From NCBI GenBank assembly GCA_052426225.1, contig JBNJNM010000007.1:868001-932000 (forward strand): a stretch of DNA of 64,000 nucleotides, read 5' to 3'. Position 1 is the stretch's first letter. Every line of letters starts with the position of its first letter. Below are positions 60,301 through 64,000 of this stretch, one piece after another. Position numbers and translations under genes: made by a program. The notes under the pieces were generated by a model. It did no database searches, had not been told where the DNA came from, and saw only the letters and a list, made by a program, of their open reading frames with translations. The stretch is from Zancudomyces culisetae HAW-14-8. Lineage: Eukaryota > Fungi > Kickxellomycota.

Positions 60301-61447
60301 ATTATCGATGAATGACACATGACTAAAAATAAAAGTCAGATGGGAGTTTTTATTATGATTGTATAATAGTTCTAATTGTAAATGGGTTGAATATAGCTTA
60401 TCGGTTATCGATAACAGGTTTAGCTACACGAACAAACTCTTTTCTTATACATGTGAAAAAAAAATTCTAATCATGGTGAAAATTTCGGATAGATTTGCTA
60501 TTTTTATTGCAGTCCATTGATTTTCAGCGATAACACTAAATTACGTAATTTGTTGCAAGATATGAGGGGGGGATTATGAACGGATAGTTTGAATGGTGGT
60601 GCAAGTATACAAAAATACAATGAGTGTAAATGCTTGGTTAGAGATGTTTGAGGATAGTTTCATGTAAAGAAGGGGGTGTATTGTATGCGGAAGAAAGAAA
60701 GCAGTAAATGAAATGATAATAAAATAGCTGAGTGGAAATGAACTCTTTCTTGTGTTTCTTTTATAACATGGTGTATTCAGGAAAATGGAAGGAAACTAAG
60801 AATGGTGTGCTTGCTAAACCCTTAACGCGAGAACAAAACGATTATGAGATGAGTATACCAGTACTAAACCCAAGCTAAGAGTATGGGAGTAGCTGTGACT
60901 TGGCGTATGTACTGGTGCGTGTAATTTAGGATGGCTGGTTCTTGGTAGTACTACGCAACATACTCTTTGAATTTACACAAAAAACGGCTACAAAAAAAAA
61001 AAGTCAATCCTTTTCAAAACATTTGAAGGATTTCCATTGGACAAGGGAAAATCCAGCTTTTGACACTTGCACATATTTTTGTTTTTTTATCGCAAGCTGA
61101 AAATATGTAATGAGCAAGAATTTAAATCCTGAAGATTTGACAAATGGTTGGTGGCGGAGATAAAAATGAAAGAATGCAACAAAAATCAGCAGGATTTATT
61201 AACGAATGTATGCGTGTATGCGGGGAAGAAGGAAGTGGAAATAGGGAAGAACGAAGAGGGAGGTGGAAAATAGGGATGGTTTACGTATACAAGCGTAATC
61301 GGTGGCTGAAAAAAAAGTCATATACATTTTTTTAATAAATGTTGTAGGGTAGTGGCGTATAATTAATAAAAATACGGTTCAAATTCGTAGCAGGAAGCAT
61401 CAATGTATTAGTAGCAAGTGCACCAAAATCAAAAAAAGAAAATTAAA

Positions 61448-62581
61448 ATGAAGTTTAGGGTCAGAACGAGTCAAGGGACAGCAAACGTAGGAGACGAGAA
61501 TTTAACTCTAGAAAGCAGCTTTGGGGATCTATGTAAATATATATCAGAAAAGGCCAATATCCAACCCAATAATATATTGGTGAAAAGCGGATACCCACCG
61601 AAAACCATCAACCCAACGAACGAAGGAGTCAAATTAGCACATTTAGGATTAAGGGATAATGAAGTGCTAACGGTTTCGCCAATAGTTTTGGATGCGGAGC
61701 CAGAAGAGGTACATAAAAGTAAGCCTGAAAAATTGAGTAAAAAGCAGCATAGCAGTGGTAGTGGTAGTGGTAGCGGTAGCGGTAGGAGGGGGAATATTGC
61801 TACAATGGAAGAAATAAAAAATGAACAGGAGCAAAATGAAAAGACTAAAGGAAATAAAGGGAAGGAGTACAGGGTCGAAGATTCCGTTGGAAAGATACAG
61901 ATGAAGCGAGAAGAAATGTTGGACGACAATAGCTGTTTGTTTAGGGCGATAAGTTTTATAATATATGGTGTGCAGGATTACTACTTGGATATGCGACAAA
62001 TTGTAGTAAGCGAAATACAAAAGAACCCGACCGTTTATACCGAAGTGGTATTGGGATCACCACCAGCCAAGTATTGCGAATGGATAACTCGGGCTACAAG
62101 TTGGGGAGGAGCAATAGAGCTAAGTATTTTTAGCAGCTATTTCGAGATGGAGATGGTATCTATCGATATAAAGACTTTGCGAATGGATAGGTTTGGCGAG
62201 GGTAAGCAGTACAAAAAACGGGCGTATGTGTTGTATAGCGGGATTCATTATGACACAATTGTGGTTGAGCCAATGAGCTCGGCCAAATTGATTCGTAAAC
62301 AAGGCAGCAGTGTGGTGGGAGCCAATATTAGTGGATTTGGAGTAACTAGTAATACTATGGCATTGGCACAACAGAAAACAGTATTTGACATTACAGGAAT
62401 AGACCGTGTTCATCAACTAGTTGCTGAATTGGCAAAGTTGATACAAAATGATTTTGGATATACAGATACGGCTGGGTTTAAAATACGATGTTCGATATGT
62501 AACAAGATATTATACGGAGAGAAAGATGCCAATGCGCATATGAAGGAAAGTGGACACCACCAGTTTGAGGAAATTAAATGA
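61448..62581 (+). CDS. OTU1: Deubiquitinase Otu1/YOD1 (UBX-like + OTU + C2H2 zinc finger)
   Basis: GYPPK; DDNSCLF; WGGAIEL; YSGIHYD; CSIC...H...GH. Confidence 0.94.
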   Translation: MKFRVRTSQGTANVGDENLTLESSFGDLCKYISEKANIQPNNILVKSGYPPKTINPTNEGVKLAHLGLRDNEVLTVSPIVLDAEPEEVHKSKPEKLSKKQHSSGSGSGSGSGRRGNIATMEEIKNEQEQNEKTKGNKGKEYRVEDSVGKIQMKREEMLDDNSCLFRAISFIIYGVQDYYLDMRQIVVSEIQKNPTVYTEVVLGSPPAKYCEWITRATSWGGAIELSIFSSYFEMEMVSIDIKTLRMDRFGEGKQYKKRAYVLYSGIHYDTIVVEPMSSAKLIRKQGSSVVGANISGFGVTSNTMALAQQKTVFDITGIDRVHQLVAELAKLIQNDFGYTDTAGFKIRCSICNKILYGEKDANAHMKESGHHQFEEIK

Positions 62582-63120
62582 AGTAGTATAGGGTTATTGC
62601 ATGAAGTTTGAATTGTTATTTTTTATAGTTTGTATCTTGGGAGGAGAGTGGACATTTTGAAAAACAATGGGATCACTTCATTTTTTTTTTGTAAAGTATG
62701 AAATATGAATATACAAAAGTAAATACCAAAAATGAGATTTAGCGGGGTAACTAGAATATGAAAAAAGGATGGTATAAGAATAAAAAGATGTCGGATAGGA
62801 TGACAGGGGGGATTCTTTTAGTATTTTTCATTTTTTTTGGTTACAGGAAAAGGCTGACAGTTCCAGATATATTGAAATTTGGTACTAAAATACTAGAAAA
62901 TACCAAAAAATGAAATGAAATAATATAAAATAGTGAGAAATAAAGTAACATTGAAATATAACAGCCAATATCACAAAGATTACAAAATATTGAAAAGTCT
63001 AAAAGCAAGTTCATCAAAATAAATAGAATAAGGCTATTTTTTTTTTCTTTTCGTTTTTTTTTAAAAAAAGGAGCAAAGACCAACATTTCTCAAATACAAG
63101 GACAAATAAAGTAAAATAAA

Positions 63121-64000
63121 ATGTCAACGGATCCGTTCATTATAGTAAAAGAGTAAGCCAAACAAAGTACAAATTTACCTATTAACAATGTCGATATATA
63201 TATATATATATATATTTGCATTTTGACACTGGAAAAGAATGAAAAATATATAAAGAGCAAATGAATGTGAATTAATGAAAAGTGTTGCAAAAAAAAAATA
63301 AAGGGATGTGGAACAAGCGATGGAGCAGGCAGGGGAAATCATGGCGCAGTGGGAAAAGAAACGGCGGGCAAGGGGTAGCCAAGGAGTTCAGCAGTTGGGG
63401 AGTGAATTGGTATATTTAAAGGAAGAATTTAGTCAAATATATGATTCGGTTAAACAAGACTTGATAGATTTACAAAGTACAATAGATAAGTATCTATTCT
63501 TGGTTACCCTAATATTTTAATAATGTATATTCAAGTGAGTGAGAGTGAGAGTGAAACTTTGAACTGGGGTTTGGGAATTGGTAATATAAAAAGTTGGATA
63601 TTTAAAATACAGGTGGCAAAGAAACAGCCGGAAAAGTATGGATTGAATAAACAGAGCTTAAAGCAGAGAGAAAAGTTTGTATCAGGAACTAGGGATAAGC
63701 TAGAGGTAAGAAAAGAAAAGAAAAGAAAAGAAAAGAAACATGAAAAAAGCTAGATTGAAAAAATATATATGAGGATTGTATATAGGATGTAGGAGAGGAG
63801 TAAATATACTTTTGGATATTTTAAATATTATTAGAGCTATATGGAGAGAATGCGGATATTTGATGACAAGAGTCAGGTAAATAAACAACTAGTATGCTAA
63901 TAATAATAATTATACAAAGGTTGGTGAATATAAAATAAAATACGTTGAAAAAAAATAAATAGAGGATAGAAATACAAAGTCAAGATACAAGAGAGAGCAT
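63121..64000 (+). CDS. TLG1: Qc-SNARE Tlg1/syntaxin-6, partial (runs off the window), multi-exon
   Basis: MSTDPFIIVKE|DVEQ...DLIDLQSTI...KQPEKYGL...REKFV matches the syntaxin-6 N-terminal domain. Confidence 0.82.

Noticed and set aside
60814-60872. Two CTAAACCC telomere-like words
   Set aside because: Isolated single units, not a tandem array, and no associated structure
1-64000. Selenoprotein genes, SECIS elements or tRNA-Sec (looked for because some early-diverging fungi use Sec)
   Set aside because: No in-frame TGA in a recognisable redox protein and no convincing AUGA-AA-GA hairpin seen by eye; a SECIS search would be needed to exclude them

Overview
AT-rich, gene-dense eukaryotic nuclear DNA with short GT-AG introns and fungal-type housekeeping genes. 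It is probably an early-diverging fungus; a Harpellales-like insect-gut fungus is my inference from sequence style and is not proven. Recognisable genes are PMP3, a possible Nup160/120, DIP2, a RalGAP-beta-like gene, xylulokinase, a SET protein, an AcpS-type PPTase, LDAH, RPR2/RPP21, RRP45, mitochondrial bL34, UCH37, an RDH-type SDR, a PEP12/VAM3 syntaxin, an ABC-F ATPase, NADP-GDH, OTU1 and a partial TLG1/STX6. There are five tRNA genes, four of them in two tRNA-Gly-led tandem pairs, plus a 5'-truncated LINE remnant and a secreted acidic repeat protein. The best candidate for an undescribed system is a ~700-nt GC-enriched, ORF-free element at ~55020-55730. It folds on the minus strand into a multi-domain RNA with long-range helices and is bracketed by a 15-nt direct repeat. 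I cannot assign it to a known family; telomerase RNA, a group II intron derivative and a retroposed structured RNA are the competing ideas.
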